Source: the human T2T-CHM13v2.0 reference genome, Homo sapiens. Taken from it: a DNA stretch of 64,000 nucleotides. The number at the start of each line of letters is the position of its first letter. Within the stretch, counting starts at the first letter, position 1. The notes under the pieces were generated by a model. The model worked only from the letters and a program-made list of their open reading frames with translations, was not told the DNA's origin and did not search any database. A program made the position numbers and the translations under genes. Where the stretch lies: assembly GCF_009914755.1 (NCBI RefSeq), contig NC_060935.1. One strand, written 5' to 3'. Positions 29,620 through 41,349 of this stretch are shown here, piece by piece.

Positions 29620-32167
29620 TAGGCTCAGATTTAGGAATTTATTTTCCATTTAGGTTTTATTAAGTCTAATCCAACAATGCAAAAATGAAACTGTGAGTTA
29701 TATGTGATGAAAAAGTATAGCTTTCTTGAATTCAAATAAGCAATGGCAAAGATCACATTTAGAATTTGACAGAAAGAACACAGCATCCCTGCCTCGTCTT
29801 TTTTATAGATAGTAAGAAAAGGGAAAGTAGTCTTATTTCAAATATCAAAATTCTGACTTAAATGAATAAAATTTAGTCACGAGTAAATACAAAAAACAAG
29901 CAAACAATAAAACCTTCCTGGATCAGCACAGGCCCAATTCTTCCCTGCCTTTTATCACCCTGTCAGCTGGGAGTATCTTTTCCAGCTACCTGTGGCTCTC
30001 CACCAATTGTTACTCTCTTGTTGTCTGAACCTGCTAGCCAAACTTGGCAGGTCGTTTTCAAAGCCAGATGAGTTCTGATTGTTCCCTTGGCAATATCCAT
30101 TATTTCCCTCCTGGGTAGAAGGAGGATCTGAGGACAGCTTATCTTTTTGGGGTACGTGGAGTAGAGGTGGGGACTCTTATATAATACGAAATAAAAATAA
30201 GTTCTTTGGGCTGGAAGTGTCAAAAGATTCCTTAGAATTTATAGCCACAGGGATTTCATGGTGTGTCTGATGTACTGATTTTGTGCCACATTTGAGCCAG
30301 AACTGGCAGCAGATTCAAAGCAACACAGGTGGCTAAGTACACATGAGGGGAAGGTATGGGGAGAGAAAAGTGGCATAAAACAAGGCTGTCCCCCTATGCT
30401 CATCGAGAATAGGATCTTAGCCCTCACTGAAGGAGCTTAATGATCAGCTCTAATACATTGGCTGGACTCCTGCAGGTACTCACGGAAAGTAGAGATGCTG
30501 AGCTACCTTTTCTTGTCAAAGTCTAGGGCTGGAGATGCTTCAAGAACTTTGGAGCCATAAAGTCACTGTAATGGTCAACTTTTAAGGCTAGAAGAGGCCA
30601 TGAGACATCTCATTCATCTCCTTGCCTTTGGGCAAGAATTGCACACCTAAGCCTCCCGAATACATCAGACACAATTTAGGGTTAAAAGCCTCCAGAGGGG
30701 CAAAAAAGTAAAAAGATTTTACAACTTTCTTCCACAAACCACTTTAATTGTGTGCTCATCACCGACTTCAGAATCTAAGAGAACTTTGACACTTGTTTTT
30801 GACACCCCATTGCCTTCTCATCAGTCTAACTCCAAGACCTTCCTCCGAGTGGTAGGCTCTGGTAATTCAGCGAAAGCAAGGCGCTAACAGGCGAGTGTGA
30901 AGCCAAAGGGCTCCCAGTGACATCCTTGACATCTTTTTGCCAGCTATTCACATGCATTTAATATACAGCACTTCCCTGTGACTGTCTGCAGCCTTTTCTA
31001 CCAGCAATTCCTCCTGATTTATCCTTCTCCAGCAATTCCCAGTTGCCTTGCCTTTCTAATAGATGTTGCAGTCTGACAAAAGACCTTTGCCTTCATGCTG
31101 GTGTTGTTAAAGGACTGATTATAACCGTAAGGAATGGGAAATAAGAAGCTATTCCTTGTAAGTTTGCTAATCTTATCTGTTCAGAATAATAAAAGTTCTC
31201 TGTCAAAGACTTAGGAAGGGAGATTTCATCCCCCAGGCTTGCTAGTCCTACTCTTTGTGCATTCTTAAGACAGGAGGCAAGTGCTTTCCATTCTCCTTGG
31301 AAAAACTGAGGCTGAATATGCAGCTTGTCATGCAGTTTTGCTGAAGACAGAGAGAGGGTCAAAAATTCAAAAACTCAATTGCTCTAGGGCAGGGGGTTGG
31401 GAGCAAAGCCAATAAATAAAATGGGTGGTATAAATGCCTTTCAGGAAAGGGTGTGAAGGGTGGGGTGGATTTACCAGAAGCTTTGGCAGTCAGCTTTGAA
31501 GTCTTCTGGAAAGGAAAGTGTAGCCTCCCAGGCAAGCAGCCTCATGACATCTTCCATAAGGCTGATGTGTTGGGAAACAGCAACACATGAGCAAGAAGTT
31601 CCTTGAAAAATTTTCTTCCCTCCTTCTTCTTCTGGAACTGTTGGGAAACTAGATTAGACCCAGGAGTCTGGTTTTTGAGAATGGCCCTGAATGAATTTTT
31701 AGTTTCCGGGTAGGAACAGAGAGCTGAGAAGGTTGTTTTCTCCTCCAAGGAAATCTGGCCACAGTTTTTTTCCTGTTCTATCTAGAGCTTGTGTGCTGGT
31801 GGATTAAGCACATGTGTGCACAGGGCCAGGATTCTGGCAAACAATCTCAGGGAGGATGGCAAAAGGAGAAGCAAAAGGGGTTCATTCCTCTACCTCACAG
31901 CTTCTTTTCCCAAAGGAAACAGGATCTACTCACCAGCAACAATCCCAACATCACAAAAGGAACAGGGAAATAAACGTGCATGCAACTGGGACACACAGAC
32001 CCCTGTCACCTGCTACAAATGGAGCAGAAGTGGGAGAGAAGTGAGCCACCGAGAACCTAGGCCTTCTTAGCTGTAGCCTACTTGAAGAGGGCACGGGCTT
32101 CCTGACTGGTCTCTGGTGGCCGAGTAACTCTACTTCCCTGACCTGGGAAGAAGGCGTGAATAACCAG
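29620..32167 (-). other. SNX19: SNX19 3' UTR to the proximal polyA site (~2.5 kb); may extend to ~20.0 kb in long isoforms
   Basis: Largely unique sequence after the stop, ending at twin AATAAA; the 3' end is estimated and the long form is from recall. Confidence 0.65.
29638..29661 (-). terminator. Tandem AATAAA polyadenylation signals
   Basis: tttatt on + strand at 29638-29643 and 29656-29661, followed on the minus strand by a U-rich tract. Confidence 0.65.
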
Positions 32168-32300
32168 CTAAGAGGAGACACCCATCCTCTTAGAGTTGCC
32201 TGGGGTATCTGAGGCAGAGGTGGTAGCAGCAGACTCCTCAACAGAGGCACTGAGATCCAAGAATTCCAGGATGATGTCCCCAAGGCAGTAAATCAAATGC
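32168..32300 (-). CDS. SNX19: SNX19 last coding exon 11, HLIYCLGDIILEFLDLSASVEESAATTSASDTPGNSKRMGVSS*
   Basis: tttcag|G acceptor; TAG at 32170-32168; exons 4-11 sum to 1065 nt = 354 aa + stop. Confidence 0.95.
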
Positions 32301-32485
32301 CTGAAACGAATGGACAAAAAACTTAGGGTCTGGCTCAATCAGGAAACACAAGATCCTGTTTATGACATTTATTTTCTCCTCCCCCATCACCGACACCCTA
32401 AACTTCAATAGCTTGATGAAACCTCTGCCATGAAATTAATGTTTTTTGAACTAATAAAGCCTCTGACCCTAATAAAGGCAAGAAC

Positions 32486-32530
32486 AGTTTTTATATAAGA
32501 CTAGTTTTATATAAGACTAAGTTTTATAAA
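32486..32530. repeat. Short ~16-17 bp tandem repeat (agttttatataagact) x2.5 in intron 10
   Basis: Seen directly. Confidence 0.7.
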
Positions 32531-33367
32531 ATTCCATTTCTCTTTACATAGTTACATTAGCACTGCTCTGAAGAACTGTGATAACAAATCCTTGAGATGT
32601 CAGGTTACTAGACACTTTCAGAGCTCCTGACTACTGCTGTTTCTCATAATTAATTACCTTAAATTTATAGGCTGCCTTACAGGCAGTGAGGTAAAGCCAG
32701 GATCCTTGAGGAAGTTAACGAACACAGTCTACTTTGGGGTAGGGTTTGAGTGCAAGGTTACTCAATACTTCCAGAAGAGTAACAGCCCAAGGGATGGAAT
32801 CTACCTCTTCTGGATTATTCTAGGACTCTTCACCCAGCATTTCTGGTCCCTTTATGAAATTCCAACCTTACTATCTTGTCTACCTGATATGAAGCAAAGA
32901 CAACTCCTGATCTTGACATGAATCACAGCTTTGCTATAAGGCCAGGGCTCATGGTGAACATCTTTACATGGTCTGTGATACACAGGCCAGGGTACGCTCT
33001 TGGAGCATTCACAGGGGCTGGCAGATGTTGGAAAGAGCACTGAGCAAGTATGCTGAACAAGCCTGGAGGATAAGAGGTCATTTTCAGCAGCTCATGTGGG
33101 GGCCTGCATAGAGTTCTTCCAAACACAAATGGTGGGTGGTCCAAGAGTGATTTCCTAGCACATGACGACCTGCTCAGAAGCCTGATGGTGTGGATTTTAC
33201 TTAGTGTGTGGATCTGGACGTCAAACTCTGTAGTCAGTGCCCAGAGCAAGTAAAGACTACAATCCTATTCTTTGGAATGTGGGCTTTTCACTCAGAAACC
33301 TTGGATACCTCTGAGACCAGAGGTGGCTGTAACTATGCTGATGTTGGAATAACATTTTCCCACTTAC

Positions 33368-33455
33368 CTGTTGATGAGGGGTTGTTGTAGTGACTCCAGG
33401 ACTAGACCCCAGCTCAGCCGGCATTTGTTCACCCCAAGAATTTCTACTACGAGAT
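33368..33455 (-). CDS. SNX19: SNX19 coding exon 10 (88 nt), LVVEILGVNKCRLSWGLVLESLQQPLIN(R)
   Basis: cctcag|AT acceptor, CAG|gtaagt donor; phase 1-2. Confidence 0.95.
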
Positions 33456-34364
33456 CTGAGGAGGAAAAAACAGATGGAATTTGCGTGTTATCACTGAAGT
33501 TTTAGATTCTAAGGACAGTCTCTCCCCAGGATCTCTGCCGTTTTTACATAGGTTAGGTATTTCGGGCCTACCTCTAAACCATACAGCCAAACTAAAATCC
33601 TCACAAAACAGGAAAAACCTGAGAAAAATATGTTTCTCAAGTTAGGTGTCTACATAAGAATGGGCTTCAAAAATTATTTTGTAACCTGTCACTCAAATGC
33701 AGGTACTCCTTCCAATGTAACAGTTTAGGTTGGCAAACAGAGTTATAATAATAAGGGTAAATAAAACTGATTGTCCAGAGCTAAGTTCACAATTGTTTCC
33801 TGGTTATCACAGCCATAGGCAACAAACTGCCTTCCTGGCCCTCTAAAAACACAATGCAAGGAAAAACAACCTTCTCAGATTTTGTTTTAACTTATTGCTA
33901 AAGGCCATGTACCATACTCAATGGCTGCAATTTATTAAGTTGGAGCTTCTGTGAGACATGTGATTTTCTTCCTTGGTCCCAAAATGCTATGAATTGGTAG
34001 AGAATCTGAAGTCTTCATCTCCTGGAAATGGCTCTGAGACCTGTCCCTGCAGGCAGAGCTTCCCCAGACCTGCCAGCAGGTAGAGAGAAAGTTATTAACT
34101 AAATATCTGCAGGATTGTCACCTAGTATTTAGGGTGCAGCTGTAGAGTTCCTTTCCATTCCCTTGGCATCAGCTGAGCAATGGATAAAAGAATTGCAGCC
34201 CTGTTCATTTTCCTATTAGCCTGGGAAATGATGGGTCAACAGAGTTTTGAATCTAGCCACATTCAGGGCCCTTTTACAAACAGGAAAAGGTGCAGGGGTA
34301 ATGGTGGCAAAGCAGAATGGAAGAGAAATGTGATTGGTATAATTGATCTCATTGGTCCAATTAC

Positions 34365-34549
34365 CTGGGAGGACTCCCATCAGGCTCTGCAAAGCCTGTT
34401 TCTCAGCAGCCAGTTTCTGCTCTTGGGTCCTTACGGGCCGTGGAAACTTAGGCAAAACTCCACCAGGCCAGATGGACTCCTGAAGAAGCCGGAGGTACTG
34501 CACCCAGCGCTGTGGACTTGTTAAATTAGCTACCTGCACCTCTAGCCAC
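34365..34549 (-). CDS. SNX19: SNX19 coding exon 9 (185 nt), WLEVQVANLTSPQRWVQYLRLLQESIWPGG...QSLMGVLP(D)
   Basis: ctaccacag|G acceptor, CAG|gtaatt donor; phase 2-1; contains the Nexin_C-type 'IWPGG' motif. Confidence 0.96.
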
Positions 34550-34609
34550 CTGTGGTAGAAGAGAGACGAAAGCTTAGATAAAGCTGAAGGAAAGGAAATA
34601 ACAAGGCAG

Positions 34610-34960
34610 CGGACTGACTGTTTATGTTCCCCTGCAGATTCGTGTGTCAAAATCCTAACCCTCAAGGTGATGGCAGTAGGAGGTGGGGCCTTTGGGGAGG
34701 TGATTAGGTCATGGGGGCAAAGGTAAATGCCCTTATAAAAGAAACCTGAGAGAGACTTCTCACCCCTTTTGCCATATGAGGACACAGGGAGAAGACAGCT
34801 GTCTATGAACAAGGAAAAGGGCCCTTGCCAGACACCAGTTCTGCTGGTACCTTGATCTTGAACCTCCCGGCCTTTAGAAACTGTGAGAAATAAATTTCTG
34901 TTGTTTATAAGCCATTCAGTTTATGGTATTTTGTTATAGCATCCCAAACAGACTAAGATA
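34610..34960 (+). mobile_element. MaLR solo LTR (MLT1A/MSTD-like), ~60 nt from the exon 9 acceptor
   Basis: aaatcctaaccctcaaggtgatgg...gaaataaatttctgttgtttataagcc...gactaagata. Confidence 0.85.
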
Positions 34961-35731
34961 CCATGAATTACATGAGCAATCAGAACAGGACAAAGTCAGC
35001 ACTGACTCTTGCAAAGGAAACCAAGACAATTCAACAGCCTGGGATAACAGAATTTGAAGATGAGTAACAATAAGAATCGTGTTATTTATGGAGCGTTCAC
35101 TATGTGCCCTCTACCGTACAAGAAGTTTTACAGAACAGAACACTAAAAGGGCCTCGGTCTCTGGGTGAGCCTGCACCTATACCTTCCCAACTCTCCTCTG
35201 GCAAGGCTGCACCTATTATCTTTCTAGCTCTCCTCTGATGGGAAGCATTATAACCTTCTTGGTAACATGTACACACAGACTTCACAGCTACGGACTTAGC
35301 GATCTTTAAACAAATTCCTCTCTCTACCTCCCCAGCCATATCTTCTGGTCCTCATGACTGTCTTAGGGATTTCCTACATCTGCCCTTTGTTCATAATAGT
35401 TCTCTCACTAACAAGGGCCTCTTCTCGCCTTGCCTGAAGAGCAAGTCTCAAGTCTGCCCTTCTGGCAAGACCTGTTTCAACCCTACTTCCTCCATGAAAT
35501 CCTTGACCATCACAGCTGGAAGTGCTCTCCTTCTCCATAGACCTCCTTTGGCAGGTAGCTCTGGAACAATTACTTTGGAATATGCATCTTTTTAAAGGTG
35601 TTTATAGCTTTACTTCTTCAACTAAATTATAAGCTGTAAGAGTTCTGTGTCTTGTACTTTAAAAAAACTCCCCGCCGTGCTTGGTGCTCAAGAAATGGTT
35701 GACTGACTGATAACTGTTCTTATTTCAATGA

Positions 35732-35803
35732 AAAATTTTCCCTTTGTCTTACTTTCGAAAATGAGTCAAAATTTTCCCTTTATCTTACTTTCAAAAATGA
35801 GTC
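35732..35803. repeat. 36-bp tandem duplication (2 mismatches)
   Basis: aaaattttcccttt(g/a)tcttactttc(g/a)aaaatgagtc x2. Confidence 0.9.
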
Positions 35804-38328
35804 AAAAATGAGGGGGAAGATATACCAAATCTGGAGTTCAGCTGGAAACCTAGAAAGTGGTTCAACGTTATTCTTGATCTGTTCCTGCATTTTTTTCAAA
35901 GTGATATGGTCAGAAGTGAGGTTCAAGGCTGTTGAGGCCTCCCCTTCACCCACCTCATTTAAGACTGACATAGCTGTGTGGGTCATGGATGGACAATCAA
36001 CCACTTCTATTCATGCACGGAAGACTCGTTTGATCCTGCACCACATGGCAGCTCATGCCATCACTCCTCGCTCCTATACTCGAGTCACTTGTCACTCATC
36101 CAAGAGCAGAGGGGGCTGCCAAGGCAAACTTTATTTAACCTCCACTCTGCCAGACAGTCTGCATTCCACTCAAGCTGGGCATTCCAGCCATGAGGGCTGC
36201 AATCCCCCAAGCCCAAGGCTCACAACTGATTCTAAGAATAGGAAGTGTGTAAGGTAATAGCAGGGCAAGAATGGCAGCCATCGATGGAGATCAAGAGTGG
36301 CACAAAGCTGTTCTTGTCCAAAATAGCCAACACGATCGTATTTGTTATTATTAGGGCCGCATCTCCTTTTTATAGGGCTTTTCATTCAGTGAGCCTAAGA
36401 TGCCTGATGAAAGGGATCCAGTAGCAAGAATTCCTGTTCCTGTTTATGTAAGAGGGTCACTAGAGGGAGGTGGCTGCAATGACCTGATCGGCTTCTCTGC
36501 AGGGGATTAAGTGACCCAAGGTCTCCTTTCTTCACCTCAAGCCATGTATACTTCTGCAATTTTTGCTGAGGAGAATGATGTGTCTTAGGGTCTCATCTAA
36601 CTGTCTTGAGGGAGAGGGGCAAAGTCTTGCAAACTAAAATCTTTAGCCACATGATCCTTCCTAGACTGAACATGTTGTAACATGCCAGCAAGCCTAGGTA
36701 CCTCAGCCATCTTCTGGCATGTCTTACAAAGCAAGAGTTACATTCTTTTGAATGAACATTAATTTATCTGATGGGGACAGGACCTCACATGGCATTAGGA
36801 CAAGGATATCCTCCTTGTTCTCTTGCATGGTGATTAAGTGTCTCATGTACATGTGTGGGATGCAAAATGAATTTTATCATGTGGCAAAATATAAATTTAT
36901 AAACTTATACAAATCTATAAGACAGCTTTTCAGACTCTAAATGGAAATGTTGGGGAGAGACATAAAAGTAGGAAAAGTAAAAATAAGCACCTGATGATGA
37001 AGATGAGTCTATGAGTCAAATAAATTTGTGGAAGCTAATAAGCACAACTCACCGAAGAAAAGGAGTGCCATCTCTGAGTAAGTATCAGCTGCTGATGAGA
37101 CAAAGACACTGTCAAGCACTGTACATACAAGGCACAGAACTGGCCAACAGGAGGCCCTGGAAAAAGTCAGGCCCAGGAATATAAGAAACAGGACTTTCAC
37201 AAACTGGCAGAAATAAACTCCCTCCAGGCCTACAAAGAGGGACAGAGTTTGGAAAGTGACTTCTAGTCCCTGGGAGCTGCAGAGTGCCAGCTTTCCTTAT
37301 TCTTCTCCACACTCTGAAGATAAAAGACACAAACCACACACTTGCACCACGCATGGTTTAAACATTTGCTCTCTTTCCTGGATTCTCCTCTTGCCTACGT
37401 TCTGCCCACCCTTCCCCCTGTCAGCAAACAGAGGCTTTATCCTAGGCCTTTGGGCTCAGCATGGTCTTATTTCCTAGTCCCAGGCAGCCTGTGTAGAAGA
37501 CCAAGTGCAACAAATCTTTCTTGTTCACAGAACTTCTGAGCGATGGTGTCTCGTTAAAAATGATGAGCACGCCAATCTGGAAGGAAAACATGATAAAGAG
37601 CAAACCAAAAAAATCACCACCACAACTGCCACTGCCCTCACACAATACAATCTCTAAATTTTTTAAGCTGTAATTCAATTTCTAAGACACACTTTATTAT
37701 CACTCACTATGCCTTTCTTAAGTTGTAAATGGCTGTATATTCAGGGATTTGGTATACTTAGCCTTGCCCAACACCTGGATGGAACCAACTGCCACTGGTT
37801 CTTGAGAGCAATGAAGAAGGTGGAGATTTCTTCATCCAAATATCTTTCCTCTCCCTTTCATCCCTACCTTCCCTTCCTTTGGTTCTATCATCCTTCTCTA
37901 AGGTAAAGCTCCATACACACCACCATTTCATTATCTAACTTTATTAACTCCCCTAATCATGCTTGATTTATTTGGAAACTGGCTAGAGCACGGAAGACAA
38001 AGACATTAGGTGTAGGATTGTTAAAAGGGGCAGAAGTCTCAACTCCTCTCCATTAACTCTCTTCATCTCGCGATTTCTACACTGCATCTTTCTATTCTTA
38101 TCATAGGAGTGGGAAGGTTAAAAAGAGATTCGTAACCCTATAGAGCTCTCTTTAAGTGGAAGGGATGGAATTTATGTGTCTGAACTCTAATACATCATAG
38201 GAGGTTTTCCAGCATCAGTTTCTGGACTTTGCTGGTACCATTTACTATTAGGCTGACAGAAATCTAAAGCTTCAAGGTCAACACACACACACGTTTCTCT
38301 TACTATTCATTAGAAATTACTTATAATA

Positions 38329-38631
38329 GGCCGGGCATAGTGGCTCACACCTGTAATCCCAGCACTTTGGAAGGCTGAGGCGGGCAGATCACCTGAGGTC
38401 AAGAGTTTAGACCAGCCTGGCCAACATGGTGAAGCCTCATCTCTACTAAAAATACAAAAAAAATTAGCTGGGCACGGTGGCGCACGCCTGTAGTCTCCAG
38501 CTACTCGGGGAGGCTGAGGCAGGAGACTCGCTTGAACCCAGGAGGCAGAGGCTGCAGTGAGCCAAGATCACGCCACTGTACTCCAGCCTGGGTGACAGAG
38601 GGAGACTCCATCTCAAAAAAAAAAAAAAAAA
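38329..38631 (+). mobile_element. AluS, full length
   Basis: ggccgggc...polyA; TSD agaaattacttataata at 38312-38328 and 38632-38648. Confidence 0.95.
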
Positions 38632-39641
38632 AGAAATTACTTATAATAAATCATTTACTAAATACAAATGCTCTTGTTCATGTAATACAAGATGCATGAA
38701 GTAAATATGCTAAAATAAATATGGTAGAGAATAGCCTCAGATAGCACTGGTTTTATTTTCCACTACTATTCCAGGTCTGATATTTGATTTAGAGATATCT
38801 CTTTCTATTATCCTGCCTTCATCCCAAAGAAGAGAAGAAAAAAGAACCCAAACCAGGTCTCTTGTGTCAAGCCATCTCTGAATGATTCAGAGCCTTAATA
38901 GGGGGCCTAGAAATAGCCAGTAAAATGGCCAAAAAACCCCACTCCACAACCACATTTTGACCCCAAGACATTCAAGAGCTTCCCTTATGCCAGACAGGGG
39001 AGAAGAAAGGATGTGGAGATCAGGGCTTGTCAGTAGCTGGGACTGCACATCCACTCCATGTTCAAGGGAACCTGGTCTGAAATAGCCACAGATAGGGGAA
39101 TGAAGCAATGACTAAAAAGGAGACAGTTTAATACTAGGGCTTAAGATGGCACTTCAAGGTTAGTAGAAGGTCATTTCCCATCAAAACAGCAGAATCAAAT
39201 CTCATGAGTAAGGAGAAGGCTTTAGAGACCATGTCTAATCCAATTAGCCAAATCCCCTTCATTTCTTTTCTAAGACAGCAGCTATGGCTGAGTGAGAAAG
39301 GGTCTTGAATCAGTATGGCTTAATGAAGAGGAGAAAGGGAAGAAGATACTAAAATCATAAAACAGAAAATATTCATAAGATCCACAACAATATTCTAAAC
39401 AAAAATGCCTGGTGCAGTCTAAGTATAAGGAAAATAACAGGTCCATTCCTTCCAGCCTATTTATCTATTGGCTGTACCTCTATAGACAATCCAAGGGCAA
39501 TTATGCTCCAACCTTATCTTAAGATACCAAATACAGTTCAAAGGAAAAGAGACAGAAAAGGAAGATCAAGTTAAAGCTTCTATCATCCTAAATACACCTT
39601 CAGTAAATTAGAAGTATTGACTTATTTTATTACCCTTAGAG

Positions 39642-39842
39642 CAGGGTTTTCAACGTTGGTACTACCGATATTTTGGACTGCGAAATCTTTGTCATAGGGG
39701 CTTTCCTGTGCATTATAAAACATTCCACAACATCCTTGCCCCTCCTCCCCTCAAACTAGATGCTAGTTTTGCCAACCAAACATGTCTCCAAACATTGCGG
39801 CATGTCCCCTGAGGACAAAATTGCTCCAGTTGAGAATTACTG
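39642..39842 (+). mobile_element. MER20
   Basis: cagggttttcaac...tgtctccaaacattgc...ccagttgagaattactg. Confidence 0.8.
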
Positions 39843-39916
39843 CCTTAGACTCAGGGACTTTTGGATATAATTGTATCAGGCTACTTTCACAGTCATTTTA
39901 AACCTCATGGTTGTAG

Positions 39917-40175
39917 CGCAATGTTTTTCGACCTGTGGGCTGGACATCATTAGAGGTCATATCATCTGTTTTGTTGTTTGTGATAACATAAAAAGGCATC
40001 TCATGTTTGGAGACACTTGTTTCGTATGCATGTACATATATATGTATATATCAGATCTGCGTGCATGCATATGTGTGTATGCGCCTGTGCCTATGTGCAT
40101 GCTTATAGTGGGCTGCAACGTACAATGCATTTTTTACTGTAGGTTGAAGTTTTAAAAAAAGTTTGAAAAACACTC
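39917..40175. mobile_element. hAT-Charlie-like MITE with an internal TA/TG-rich tract
   Basis: Ends caatgtttttcga ... tttgaaaaacact are TIR-like. Confidence 0.45.
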
Positions 40176-41349
40176 ATGCAGTGTCAAGAATTAGGAGTTC
40201 CGAGAGAAAGTAGGAGAAGCCCAAGCCACATTTTTAGCTTCCTGGAAATGCTCCCCATCTCCACCCACCCAAGCACCCTGTAAAATGTTTGCAGGGGCCT
40301 CAACCATGAACACTGTGTTCTGTACTGCCAGTCCTAGCACATAAGTATGAGTATTGGCTCATCCAATCAGTAGCAGCAATCTATAGGGTGGGAGAGAAAG
40401 GAGGTCTTGGAGGTGATGGTGTAGATTCAGGACATTATCCATTAAACAAAATGTTTTTGCCCATTTCACACCTGATAAAAGTTACACTTCTTTTCTCTCT
40501 GATGCCGTTCCCAGGCGTCTGTCTTCCTGCCATGGCCCCTTCTTGTGTTTATAGACAGTTTCCCCTGTCAGCTCTCAGCTCTAGGCTTCTGTCCTGTAAC
40601 TATCCAGACCCAAGTTACTCAGCTGTGTCTGAGAAAGTTCAACACTGCTGCCCTCTGACTGTGTATCTAGGTCACCATCCTTTCCTGCCCAGTGCTGGGG
40701 AAGAATGAGGAGGAAATGAACCCCGAGGGCAAGAAACTACCACTTCTTTCTCCCAATACTACTGTGAAATCTAAAATGGCTCAGAGTTGGCACAATTTCT
40801 TCTCTGATTTTTGCTTTCATGTTTTAAATCATGGATCCACATCTTTGAATCATGTACTTCAAGGGAAGACTTGACATTCTCCTAAATACCACAATATAAG
40901 AATCTGAGTTCCATACATTTATATCTAGCCACAAACAGTTTTTGTTTTTGATTAGTAATGTACACATCACAGATATAAAATTAATATGTATTAAAAAATG
41001 GAAGGATTCTTAAAGAAGGAACTTCAAAAAATCATCTGTTCAACCTTAGTGGTTTTTCCAATCTCACCAACTCTACATATGAAAGCATTGGGCACCAAAA
41101 GGAAATATTTTACATCAAGTGGCTTATAAGAACATACAACTTGAGAGTTGGAAGGAAACTTAGAGGTTATTTTATCCAGTCTCCTCCCAAAGCAGAAACC
41201 TCCTCTGTAATATAACGGCATAGACAAGGGTTGGGTCCTGTGAATCCAGAAACTTGGGCTTTTATCTTAGTTCTGCTACCCAATTAGCAATGTGACCTCA
41301 GGCAAGTGGCTTAATTCCTTAAAAGCATAATCTAAATTCATTGAAGATG

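Noticed and set aside
34216-34812. 198-aa ORF as a stand-alone gene
   Set aside because: It is SNX19 exon 9 plus chance read-through into an LTR and intron
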